64,000 bases of DNA from Paramoeba atlantica (taxonomy: Eukaryota > Protista > Discosea), in assembly GCA_977017575.1 (NCBI GenBank), contig CDRNVI010000140.1:372001-436000 (forward strand). The letters run 5' to 3'. The translations under genes and the position numbers were made by a program. This document shows positions 1 to 11,196 of this stretch, piece after piece. The notes under the pieces were generated by a model. It ran no database searches. It was not told the DNA's origin and was given only the letters and a program-made list of their open reading frames with translations. How positions within the stretch are numbered: the first letter of the stretch is position 1; every line of letters starts with the position of its first letter.

Positions 1-3000
1 AGTTCGAAAAGCTGTCACCTATTTTTAAATGTTATCTTAAAAAAGAAAAAAATGAAATTTTTTTGTCTTGGTGAAGTTTTGAACTTTTCCATTGTGAAAG
101 AGTTTCTCTTTTCTTGAGAAAAATAATTTAAAAAAATATTGAGAAAAATAGACCAGTTCGAGGACAATGACGGAAGTTGGAAGAGAAAGAAGTTGAGAAA
201 CAGTTTGTGGTGCTGCTAATAAAACATCTGTCACTTTATACAAATCGATGATTCCAGTTGGTTTGGCTTGCTATTTTAAAACAAAATGAATAAAGAAATA
301 ATTTTTTAAAAAACAATAAAACAACAAAAAACAACAAATTTCAGAGAACAAAAACAAAAACAAAAACCGATTGAGACTTCGAATACTCAACACAAGGACT
401 CCTCAAAACAAACCACCTCCAATTCCAATTCTTCTTCTTTCCAGGAGAGATTTTTCCACCCACTTCAAACAACAACAAAAAAAAAACAACAAAAATAACA
501 ATAACAATAACAAAAACAAAAACAAAAACAAACAAACAAAAACAAAAACAAAAACAAAAACAAAAACAAAAACAACAAACCGACTGAGACTTCGAATACT
601 CAACACAAGTGCTCCTCAAAACAAACCACCTCCAATTCTAATTCTTCCTCTTTCCAGGAGAGGTTTTTCCACCCACTTCAAACAACAACAACAAAAAAAA
701 CAAAAAACAACAACAACAACAACAACAACAACAAACAACAAACAACAACAACAACAACAACAACAAACCGACTGAGACTTAGAATACTCAACACAAGTAC
801 TCCTCAAAACAAACCACCTCCGATTCCAATTCTTCTTCTTTCCAGGAGAGATTTTACCACCCAATTTTGTTAACCAATCACCATAAATTTCTCCTACAAC
901 AGCTCTTGATCCTGGAGCTCCTCCTGTTGAGAGATCGATTGTGTGTGATGCTGTTCCGCTTGCTATGTTTGCTGAGAGGAGGCTGAAGAGGACCATCTAT
1001 TTTTTTGGGGGGGGAGAGGGGGGAGAGAGATATGGTTTGGAGTTGAGTTTTTGAAAGAATATTGTTTTGATGAAATACAAAGAAAAGAAGATAAAAATTT
1101 AAAATAAAAAAATAAAAAATAAAAAATAAAATAAAATAAAATAATAAATAAAAAATAAATAAAAAATAATAAAAAAAATAAAAAAAAATAAATATCCCAA
1201 AAACCTGATCAAAAGGATCATGAGTATGCAATTTGGCAAACTCTTCAATCGTTGGCGGTGAAGAGAGAGCTGAATATTCTTCTGCTCTCTTCTGTACAAA
1301 GCTATCAAACAATTGTGACCCTATTAAAAGTTCCACCATCTGTTTGTTTTTTTTTGTTATTATTTTTTTTTGTTTTCATTCTTTTTTTTTTTTGTTACTA
1401 TTCTTTTTTGTTATTTTTTTTTTGTTACTTTTTTTTTGTTATTTTTTTTGGTGTTGTTTGAGATGTTTTAAGAGAAAGAGATGCAAAGAGAAGAAAGAGA
1501 AAAAGAAAAGAAAAAGAAAGATTTTAATTCAAAAAAACCTGACGGTCTGCAGGAGGGACATCTGTCAAAAATTCAAGCTTTTGAAAATCGAGTCCTATTT
1601 TATTTTTAATGAGAGAATGAAAAGAGGAGAGACTAAAAAAATTAGAAGTTAACAGAAAGAGAGAAAGGAAGAAAAGAGAAAGAAAGAAGAAGAAAAAGAA
1701 AAGGAGATAGACAAAGAAAAGATAAAAGATAAAAGATAAAAGATAAAAGAAAAGGAAAAAGAAAAGAGAGAAAAACCATCAATAAAATCAGGATATCTTA
1801 AAATTAAGCGAACAATATATAACAAAAATGGGTTTGATAATGATGATTTTTCGTTTTTTGTTAATGATCTTTTTCCTCTATTGTCTGTAAAGAGAGAAAG
1901 AGAAAGAAAATCGGTCAGTCGCAAAAAAGAAAAAGAAAATAATATAAAATAAAAATAAGAATAATAATAAAAATATAAAATAAAAAACAAAACCAAAACA
2001 TCAACTTGAACAGGATCAATTAAAACAAAATATCATTTTATAAATTATTATTATATTTTATAATTAAATCTTATTTATGATATACTTTGCTTTATTTCTT
2101 TTTCATCAATTAAAATTTGAAATAAAATAAAATAAAATAAAATAATAAAATAATAAACAAACCATCCAATCCCTTAACCAAAACATCAACTTGAACAGGA
2201 TCCATCAAAACAATATCATTTTATAAATTATTAATTATATTTTATAATTAAATATTATTTATGATATATTTTACTTTATTTCTTTTTCATAATTAAAATT
2301 TGAAATAAAATAGAATAAGAATAATAATAATAAAAATAAAAATAAAATAATAAATAATAAACAAACCATCCAATCCCTTAACCAAAACATCAACTTGAAC
2401 AGGATCCATCAAAACAATATCATTTTCAGGTTCCATTTCTTCTTCTTCTATTGCATTTGAATTTAAACGCCGAACAACTTTTTTGTGGTCGATATCCGCG
2501 AATACAGCTGTTTTTTGTTTTTTAGTTTTTGTTTGTTTTTTTTTTGTTTTTTTTGGATCAGTTTTGGATAAAAATTAAAAAGAAAAAGAAAAACTTTTTT
2601 TATTTTATTTTATATCATTAATAATAATATGATCAAAATAAAAAAAATAATAATAATAACACTAAATAAACAAATAAATAAAAATAAATAAATAAAACCT
2701 GATTCCATAGGAAGATCCAAAACTTCTTCCAAAGAAGAACGAAGAATGCCAACAACAAATGGCATTGGCGCACAACAAAATGTCAACAAAGATGGAGGCA
2801 ACACTGGCACAAATATATGTTGCCATGTGAATGGATACAGTAATGCCATCATTGCTGAAATAGAGTGTTGGAAAAGGAGAAGAAGAAGGGGAGAGAAGGA
2901 AAGGAGAGATAAGAGAGGAAGGAGAAAGAGAAAGAAAAAGAAAGAAAGAAAGAAAGAAAAGAAAGAAGAGAAGAAAGAAGAGAAGGAAAAGCAGACAAAA

Positions 3001-5282
3001 TAGTCAAAAACAAAAATCGAAAAAAATCAAAGAAAAAAGAGAGAAGAAGAGAAGAAGAGAAGAAGAGAAGAAGAAGAAAGGGAGAGAAAAAGAACCATTA
3101 ATAACAGCAGTAAGATCGGCAAGGTGACTCGCAACAAAAACAATTCTTCTCTCTATTAAAAGAGAAGAGAATAATTGAACAATTAAACGTGATTCCATTA
3201 ATTTTAATAATGTCTCAAAATCCACCTGAAAAAAGAAAAGAAAGAGAAAAAAAATAAATTGAGAAGGGAGAATAATAAAAAATAAAAAATAAAAAATAAA
3301 AAATAAAAAATAAAAAATAAAAAATAAAAAATAAAAAATAAAAAATAAAAAATAAAAAATAAAAAATAAAAAATAAAAAAATAAAAAACAAAAAACAAAA
3401 AACAAAAACAAAAAACAAAAAACAAAACAAAAAAAAAACACAAACAAAATCAAGAAGAGAGTCAAGTCCAGTAGGACGACGAAGAACAAACTCATCAATT
3501 GCCCCCGGTTTGCTCCACGAACACACCCCCACCATAATTGATTGTCTTTTGGAAAAGAAAAAGAAAAAGAAAAAGAAAAAGATTAGAAAGAAAGGAGAAG
3601 AGGAGAGAGAGAGAGAAGAGAGAGAATAAAAAAGAGAGAGGAAGAGAAGAGGGAAAGGGGGGGAAAGAAGAAAGAAAGAAAAGAGAGGAAAGGGATGATG
3701 TGGGGAAATTAATAACTGGCACAAGAGAAAGAAGACAAAAAAGAGAAAACGGAAAGAAAGAGAAAAAAAGAAAAGAAAGAGAAAAAAGAAAGAGAGAGAG
3801 AAGAAAAGAGAAGAAAGAAAAGAGAGAGAGAGAGAGAAAGAGAAGAAAAGAGAAAGGAAAAGAGAAAGGAAAAGAACCCTGGCTCAGGGAATGGTTCATC
3901 AAGTACAGCATCAATAAAAATCTCGACTGGTTTAAATTGTTCATACGAACTTCGAACTTCAACTTCTCCCAATACCTGTTTGAAAAAGGAGAGGGAGAGA
4001 GAGAGAGAAAGAGAAAGGAGAAAGAGAATGGAGAAAGGAGAGAAAGAGAGAAAAATTGTTTCAAAAAGAGAGAAAAAAGAAAAGATCTCTTCTAATTTTC
4101 GTTTCTTTTGTTTTCTTTTTCATGTAAAAATCATTTAATTGTTTTTCTTAATGAAAATAAATAGTTTGTTGAAAAGATTTCTTTTTTGGTTGCTTTTTGA
4201 ATTGGTTTTTTGTTGTCATTGAATTGATTTGATTATTATCGAATTGGTTTTTTGGTTGTTAGAGAATTGGTTTGGTCTTGGTTGTCATTGAATTGGTTTG
4301 ATCGTTACAGAGTTGATTTGGTTGTTAAAGAATTAGTGTGATTGTGATCGAATTGGTTTTGATTGCTCGAGAATTGGTTTGATTGTTATCGAATTGGTTT
4401 TGGTTGCTCGAGAATTAATTTGATTGTTATTGAATTGGTTTGCTTGGAGTGGTTAAGGAAGTTTGTTGGATTGGGTTGATTGAAGAACATTGTTTTGTTC
4501 AGAAAAACTGTTTGTTTGTTTGGTGTATTGAGTGGGATTTTGGTTAAGGAGTTTCTTGGATGGTGTGATTGGTTGGTTCAAATGTTGTTTGTCATATCTT
4601 TTGTTTGTTGGAGACGCAACTGATCAAAGAGATGGTTGTTTGTTATTGATTTGAAGTTTGTTGTAGCGAGTGATATTTGACTCTTTTTTTTGTTGGTTGG
4701 CTTTGTCGGTGAATTTGAAAAAAAGAAAGACTCACTTGATGAAAAATAGAATAACAAGCATGGAAGGAGAGAATCACGAACGCCCTTGGCCATCTCTTTC
4801 CTTTCTGAAGAAGACGACGACAATACCCAAATTGTCTGTTTCCGCTTGTATCCGTCAACACAAACGAAAACGTCTCGCTGTTACATGACATTAAGAATTT
4901 CTCAAAGAAAAAGAAAGAGAGACAATGAGAAAAACCTCTTCATTTTCGATTTGGGGAATTCGCCTGGATCAGGAAAACAGAACTGGCTCACCTACAAAGA
5001 AAAAAAGATGAGGAAAGAGATAAAGAGAAAAAAAGACGAGGAAAGAAAGAGATTAATAGAAAAAAAAAGAAAAAACCTGTTGAAAAAGGGGATCATCGAC
5101 ACTCTTTGTCCTTGGAAATGCTTTCACAACTTTTGGGGTTGGTGGATCTTTTGGACCACACTTCAGAAAAGAAAGAAACGAGAAAAAGAAAAGAAAAGGA
5201 ACAAAAAAAAAGAAAACAAACCCCCAGGAAGAAGATCAACAACCGCAACACAGTCAAAAAGAAGTTTGTTAACGTTTGCCAT
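1..5282 (-). CDS. DENN-domain Rab GEF (DENND2/ST5-like) with C-terminal PH domain; multi-exon, 3' end beyond left edge
   Basis: Manually spliced exons give MANVNKLLFDCVAVVDL, VSQFCFPDP (uDENN), ETFSFVLTDTSGNRQFGYCRRL, VDFETLL..LFSSLLIERRIVFV, ALLYPFTWQHIFVPVLPPSLLTFCCAPMPFVVGI (cDENN) and SQLFDSFVQKR (dDENN). These are followed by GDWLTKLGGK..KNWNRRWFVLR..KPTGIIDL..VTAFRT (PH). ATG at 5282. Confidence 0.88.
366..870 (-). repeat. Three tandem copies (~190-210 bp unit) of the 3' part of a PH-domain exon plus its donor site
   Basis: gagactt(c/a)gaatactcaacacaag..ccaggagag..ccaccca recurs at ~368, ~580 and ~768. The copy at ~768 is the real exon; the ~580 copy has an in-frame TAG (KN*NW). Confidence 0.9.
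1990..2430 (-). repeat. Three tandem copies (~190-205 bp unit) of a DENN exon tail plus downstream intron
   Basis: aaccaaaacatcaacttgaacaggatc..aaaacaa(a)tatcatttt occurs at ~1990, ~2177 and ~2380. Only the ~2380 copy is contiguous with upstream coding sequence (EEEEMEPENDIVLMDPVQVDVLVKGLD). Confidence 0.88.
4195..4445. repeat. Degenerate ~21-bp intronic minisatellite (consensus gaattggttttgattgttatc)
   Basis: About 11 imperfect units. They lie inside the intron separating SIFHQ from VLGEVEVR, which join in frame. Confidence 0.75.
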
Positions 5283-5991
5283 CGCCCCCTTTCCTTCCTT
5301 TCTCTCTCTCCTCCACCTTTTTTGACCTTTCTTCTTCTTTTGAGAAAGAAAGAAAAACTTTTTTCAAAAAAACAGAAAAAAATTGCGAACGAAACAAAAA
5401 AAACAAAAACGCTTCCTTTTTTTTGTTCTCTCGAGAAAACAAAAATAGAGAAGGATCAAAAAAACGGTCCAAAAAGAAGAAAAACCTCCTTAAAACAACA
5501 CACCAAACCACCTCTCTCCTTCTTTTCTTCTTTCTTCTTCTCTCTTTTCTTCTCTTCCTCTGCGAAAGAACTTTTTCAAAAAAAAGAATTTGATTTGAGG
5601 AGGAAAAGGTCGATCTTTTTTTGACATGAAATTCCACTCAATTTTCTGTCAAAAGCGGATCTGTATTGTATCAGGTATTTTCGCGATTTTGGTCCAAATC
5701 CAAAGATAAAAATGTTTTCAGATTTCTTTGCTTTCTTAGAAACAAGAATATTTTCGAAAGATGTCGAAGGAATATTTATTATTTATTTATTCTTGACCAT
5801 CAAACAGAACACGAGACCTTTTTTTTTGAAAGAAAAAGTTTCGCTCAGATTTCTGTTTTAAGCCAAAAAAAAAAACCACTTTCCCTCCAAGAAAAATTCT
5901 ATTTTTAGTTTTTCAAAAACTAAAAAAGAAACCAAAAAATTGCAAAGGAAAAACTCTCACTCCAATTGGAAAAAAGAAACCCAAAAAATTC

Positions 5992-6048
5992 AAATTCAAA
6001 GAAAGACGCAAAATTCAAAGAAAGACGCAAAATTCAAAGAAAGACGCA
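5992..6048. repeat. Perfect 19-bp direct repeat x3 (aaattcaaagaaagacgca) in the divergent DENN/TPP1 intergenic region
   Basis: Three abutting identical units with no spacers, ~175 bp upstream of the TPP1-A ATG. Confidence 0.9.
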
Positions 6049-6223
6049 AAAAAATTGGTCCACCCACAAAAGGTCCCCACTGAATTACCCACAAAATTTA
6101 GACAACAAAAAAATATTTCACTCCAAACCACACACAAAATAAAATTATTCCCCGAAAATAGGTACCATTTGAAATTTCCGAGAAGGTATTTCTTTTTTTC
6201 TTTTTTGTGCTTTGTCCAAGAAG

Positions 6224-9203
6224 ATGCGTTTTGTCATCGGTTTGGTATCTTTGTTGGTGGGGTTTGCCCTCGCCCAAAGTACAAATTATGAAGTTATTCA
6301 TAGGAGGTTAAAGATCATTTTGTTTTTTGGGACTTTGTTTTCTTTCTTTTAGTTACTGATTTGTTTTTCTTTCAGGGAATTTATTCCTTCCTATTACCGT
6401 CAAGTCCCCTTCAAGCGCAACGCGGGTTTGAAACTCGTTTTTCTTTTCGAAAAAGATCCCTTTTCCACTTTCTTTTTTGAATTGATTCCTTTCCACTTTT
6501 CGAAAAAGATTCTTTTTCCGCTCTCTTCTTTTCTGATCTTGAATTTTTTTTTAGTCTGGGAAGAGTCCCCTGTGACTTTCCATATCACTTTGAAGCAACG
6601 AAACCTTGATGTTTTGGATGATTTGTTCTGGAGAATCTCCAACCCTAAGGATTCCATGTACGGAAAACACAAGACCGCTAAGGTAAAACCACTCTCTCTT
6701 TTCTCTCGAGGTGTTTGAGGATTTTTTGAAGAATTTTTTTTTCTTGTTTTGTTTTGGGTTCTTTCTTCTAACAAAAGAAAAAATAGGAAATTAGAGATCT
6801 TGTTTCCCCTCCAGAAGGTGATCGTGAATCTGTTCTCAACTGGGTTCAATCTGTTTACAAACAAGTTAGCCAAGGAGAAGATCTCTTCCAACTTGAAGAT
6901 CGTGGAGATTCTTTCAAGATCACAACAAGTGTTCGAGTCACTGAATCTCTTTTCCGAACCAATTTGGCTCCTTTCCAAAGAACTCGGGGGCCAAACCAAA
7001 AGCTCTTTTGGATTAAGTTTACTGACACTTTGTCAATCCCAAAAGAACTTGGTATTTTTACTTGCCTTTTCCCCCCCCCCCTTTCTTTTCTTTTCAGTTC
7101 AGAACTAATTTTTCTTTTTCTTCAAAGTGCCTATTGTGGATATTATCACAGGAATCGTTAAATTCAACCCCATTCCCCAGGTTTTTTTCCATTTTAAACC
7201 AAAAAATTTTACGCTCTTGTTTAATTCCCTGTTTTTTTTTGTTTTTTTTCATCAGGGTGTTCGTGTTACTCCTATTGAGGTTGCTCAAGCAAGCGAAGGA
7301 AGTTGCAATATTCCTTACACCATGAAGAGAATGTACAGTGTTGATTCGATTTTGAATGCCACCCTCCAACAAGGTGCTTCTCAAGCTCCCTATTCTGAAC
7401 AAGGAATCAAGAAAGAAGGGTTTGGAGCTGATGATTTGAAGCAATTCCAAAGTGAAAATAATTTGATCAATGATCCAATCACTAATATTATTGGAAATGA
7501 TGTTGTCAACTATGTTGAGAAGGTTTTTTTTTTGTTATAATTCTCTTTTTTTGATTGAATTTTTTATTGAATTTTGTCCCCTCCCCAAAAAAAGGATACC
7601 GATCTCGAGGCTGCATTGGATGTGCAAATGTTGACCGGTATGGGAAATGGAGCAAACACCAGTTTCTGGGTCATGAACGAGTGGATGTACGAATTTGCTG
7701 CCCAAATTTTGAACACTGATGTTCCTCCTCTTGTCAACTCTATGAGCTACGGGTTTGGCTTATTTTTTCTCTCATTCTCTTTCTTTCTTTCTTTCTCTCT
7801 TTCTCTTTTTTTTTCTTAAAAGTTCATTTGTTTTTAGATGGTATGAAGATCAACAATGCCGAATTGATGGCATGTGCTCCAAAGGTGAAACTGATCAACA
7901 ATATGTTGAAAGAACCGACACTGAATTCCAAAAATTGGGAACCATGGTTTTTTATTCTTTTGCAAATTATTTTTTTTTTCAAATTTCTTTTTTAACTCTT
8001 TATTTTACAATAAAAAGGGAATCACCATGTTGGCTGCTTCTGGTGATGATGGTACCGAGGTTTTGCAAAAATTCTTCTCTATTTTTTTGTGGTTGATCTT
8101 TTTATTGATTCGACAAAATGTTTTTTTTTAGCCTGACAGCAAATGTGATGAAATGAGACCTGACTACCCCGCAAGTTCTGTCTATGTTCTTTCCGTCGGA
8201 GCCACTGCTGTTGTTTCCAACGGAACAACGTTTGTCTTTTTTTTTTCTTGCTTTCTTTTTATCATTTTTATGATAACAAACAATCTAGTTTCCCAATTGG
8301 ATCCGATGCTCCTCCTACATGTAACTTGAGAAACTGTGAATGCTCAACCAGTGAATATGAAGAAGCTGGTTTGTCTTTTGAACAACGAAGTAGTATTCTA
8401 AAAATCTGACCTGTTTTCTTTATTTTAGCAATGAAATCAAACAATGCCTTTTTTGATACTGGTGGCGGTTTCTCTAGCTATCTCCCTCAACCCAGCTACC
8501 AAAAGGATGCAGTTTCTGCTTATTTGAACAGTGTATGATTTTTGTTTTGTTTTGTATTTTATTTATTTATTTGTACATTCGTTTCATTTGACCATATTTC
8601 GCAAACAGGGAGTGTCCCTTCCCAACCAGGAATACTGGAACCCCGCTAACCGTGGATATCCTGATGTCGCTGCTGTTGGTGCTGAATGTTTGATTGTCCA
8701 GAACGGAGGTTCCGTCATACTTTTTCTTTTTTCTTTTAACAAACATGTTTGATCTCACCACTTTTTTTTTATTTAGATTACGTTAAAGTCGGAGGAACCT
8801 CTGCTTCCACTCCTATTTGGGGAGGTTTGATCTCATTGTTGAATGCTGATCGTTTGAATGCTGGAAAATCCCCTCTTGGATTTATCAACCCTCTGTTGTA
8901 CCAACTTTATTCTGATGTTCTTTTTTTCCTCTTTTTTTTTTTTTCAAAATGGGAGCTGATTTTTCTTCCCGTAGAACCCCGGAGCATTCCGTGATATCAC
9001 TGTTGGAAAGAACGGTGGTGGATGCAATAATCTTGCTTTCCAAGCCACTACAGGATGGGTTTGTTTCTCTTCCTTGTTTCTTTTTTTAACACAACAATTT
9101 TGCCAAAATTTGTTGGAACTCACAATTGTAATAGGATCCTTTGTCCGGAATGGGATCTCCCAACTTTGATCAAATTCGTTCTTATGTTGCCAATTTGCCT
9201 TAA
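6224..9203 (+). CDS. Tripeptidyl-peptidase I / sedolisin (S53) family secreted serine peptidase, paralogue A; multi-exon
   Basis: Signal peptide MRFVIGLVSLLVGFALA; pro-domain LKQRNLDVLDD..ISNPKDSMYGKH; catalytic EAALDVQ, SGDDG and VGGTSASTP; NRGYPDVAA; Ca-site FRDITVGKNG..GWDPLSGMGSPNF; TAA at 9201-9203. Confidence 0.92.
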
Positions 9204-9392
9204 GGTGTTTGTCATCGTCTTTCGTTGCAATAAAGATCATTAGCACGCATCTCTTGCCATCTTTTCTTTTTTCTTACTTTTCTTTCTTTTTTTGAATAAT
9301 TTATTTGTGTTGTTTGATAGTAACATCATCATTCAAACAAAACTCAAAACTTGGCAAGGCACTTGGTTCCTCGATGAGGTTGATGACTCGAG

Positions 9393-9580
9393 TTATTTAA
9401 AAAGATTTCCAAAGAAACTCAAAGGAGACGGTTCGAAGGTTCTGTGATAAGATTCCTTCCCATCTGAGAATTTGTGATGATTTGATTCTCGCGCCGATAC
9501 CGATAATATCGCAGTCGATCAGGCTCACAACGAGAGTGAAGAGTACAATAAAGGGGAGGAAAACAAAGCAGTTTCGTCGA
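9393..9580 (-). pseudogene. Collapsed relic of a sixth GT90-array gene (N-terminal stub fused to C-terminal stub)
   Basis: The minus strand reads acgaaactgctt..ttgtactcttcactctcg..cctgatcgactgcgatat (TKLL..LYSSLS..PDRLRY, as in the array N-termini). It continues directly into ttctcagatgggaaggaa..gaaccgtctcct..tttctttggaaatctttttaaataa (FSDGKE..EPSP..FF..*, as in the C-termini). About 1.2 kb is missing, frames are broken and there is no ATG. Confidence 0.75.
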
Positions 9581-9594
9581 TCTGTCTTGTGGAA

Positions 9595-11004
9595 CTACTT
9601 CTGATTCTGAGATGGTTCAAGCTTCTGACACAATTCTCGACCATCTGATGTTTTGAGATGACTTGATTCTGGAAAACGATCTGGATTCTCGATTTTCACC
9701 CATTTTTGTTTTAAACACAGTTCTTTGAGAATTTGTTTCATTTCTTTAGTTTGACTGTGATCTGGGTTGTTGAGGAGAGTTGAAAAAGCAGACACACTTT
9801 GCTGAACTCTCGTTAAAGCAGTCACAACATATTCGACTTGACAGTGCGCACACAAGAAGTGATTCGCAACCCCTCGAGCATTTGTCACTAAATGTTTACG
9901 CTCTTCAGAGTTATTCAACACATGAAGAACAACAGATTTCGCTGTTTCTCTGTTGATTATTCTGTGTGTATGTTTATCCTTTAAAGCAGGAAAATACCAT
10001 TGTTCTGCTCCTTCTTTTCCCATCATAGGTCCAGTCCAAATAAATACAACACCACCCATCAACCACAGATGGTTCAGGTTTCGAGAATAACTCCCTTGAG
10101 ATCCTCCAGGAAGATCAAGAAACATCGAAAATCTTGGGAAATACTCATGTCTGATTTCCCTCCCGATTAGACGAGGACATTGGCGCATCGCTTTGATTTC
10201 ATCGAGAGTGTAGTTGTAAATCTGAGAACAATATGTAGAGTCCCACTTCATGATACATTCTGTAGCCTTGATATCAAACAATTTTGGGTTGGCGATTGAT
10301 AGTACCGAAGCTGATAACCTTGCGAAGTTTCCTGAGGCAACATCACAGGAGGTGGATGTGCCATGTGCGGTTAACTGTCCACGCCAAAAAACTCGATGGT
10401 TTCTCGTTTCCCACTTTCTTTTGTCTGCAATCTTTAACAAACTCGACATCTCTTCTTTCCAAACAGATAAGTCGTTGAAATAAGGGTTTGGAAACAAAAT
10501 TCCACATTCTTTGGGGTGCTTTTTGGCAATCACGAAAGTTGGAACGATCATATCACAATCCGAAGGAAGATCTCCTGTGGATCTTGTTGAAAGTGAATAT
10601 GCTATTTTCATCGTTTTCAATTTTTGGAGATCTTTGGCAACTTGATTGTCCAAACGCCAATCTTTCTTCGTTAAAACTGACCACATGAATCGTAAATGCA
10701 GACGATTCTTTATCGCTTCAAGGAATTGTTTTTGGACGTATAATTTCCCATCAACGATCCAAACTGTCTGTGAAGACGGTTGGAGGTGTTCTCTCAAGAA
10801 ATCAAAAGCTGAATGGTTTCTTTTGTTGTTCAGTTTGGTGTGGAAGTCGATTGATTGGTCGAGAGCTTGATACATTCTCGATTTCGCGGAATCCCAATCA
10901 TATTGTAAACGAGCAGGACCACTAATTAGCCACGAGAATGAAGAGGAGAAAAAGAGGAGAAAAAAGAGGAGTTTCGTCCCACCCCAACAACATCTGATTC
11001 GCAT
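9595..11004 (-). CDS. Glycosyltransferase family 90 (CAP10/POGLUT-like) protein, array copy 1; intronless
   Basis: MRIRCCWGGTKLLFFLLFF signal/anchor; PNPYF..WETRNHRVFWRG; R..LS..NPKLFD; FLDLPGG..GSYSRNLNHL..GGVVFIW; EQWYFPALK..H, matching the GT90 FWRG / G..yS.RL / EWfy..LKP..HY pattern. Confidence 0.72.
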   Translation of the reverse strand: MRIRCCWGGTKLLFFLLFFSSSFSWLISGPARLQYDWDSAKSRMYQALDQSIDFHTKLNNKRNHSAFDFLREHLQPSSQTVWIVDGKLYVQKQFLEAIKNRLHLRFMWSVLTKKDWRLDNQVAKDLQKLKTMKIAYSLSTRSTGDLPSDCDMIVPTFVIAKKHPKECGILFPNPYFNDLSVWKEEMSSLLKIADKRKWETRNHRVFWRGQLTAHGTSTSCDVASGNFARLSASVLSIANPKLFDIKATECIMKWDSTYCSQIYNYTLDEIKAMRQCPRLIGREIRHEYFPRFSMFLDLPGGSQGSYSRNLNHLWLMGGVVFIWTGPMMGKEGAEQWYFPALKDKHTHRIINRETAKSVVLHVLNNSEERKHLVTNARGVANHFLCAHCQVEYVVTALTRVQQSVSAFSTLLNNPDHSQTKEMKQILKELCLKQKWVKIENPDRFPESSHLKTSDGRELCQKLEPSQNQK

Positions 11005-11196
11005 GAAAACTGCCAACCCCACCAACCAACCAACCAAAAACAACAAACAACAAAAACAACAACAAGAACGAGAGGCCAAAACAGTAAAAGGCTCTGAAGA
11101 AGAACGAGAAAAAGGGTCTTTTAATTTTTTCGTCAGTTCGAAAAACATCAACAACAATTTTTTTCCTCTCTGTCTTTATTTGAAACTCGAATTGTT

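Noticed and set aside
4195-4680. Possible N/Q-rich coding exon (NQFxxNQ heptads on the minus strand)
   Set aside because: All three frames contain stops, and the flanking DENN exons join in frame without it (SIFHQ|VLGEVEVR).
1099-5637. Many long F/L-rich or K/R/E-rich ORFs in the ORF track, here and throughout the window
   Set aside because: They are translations of microsatellite introns or their antisense strand, which lack stops for compositional reasons.
5992-6048. CRISPR-like direct repeats
   Set aside because: The repeats abut with no spacers, there are no cas genes and the context is eukaryotic.
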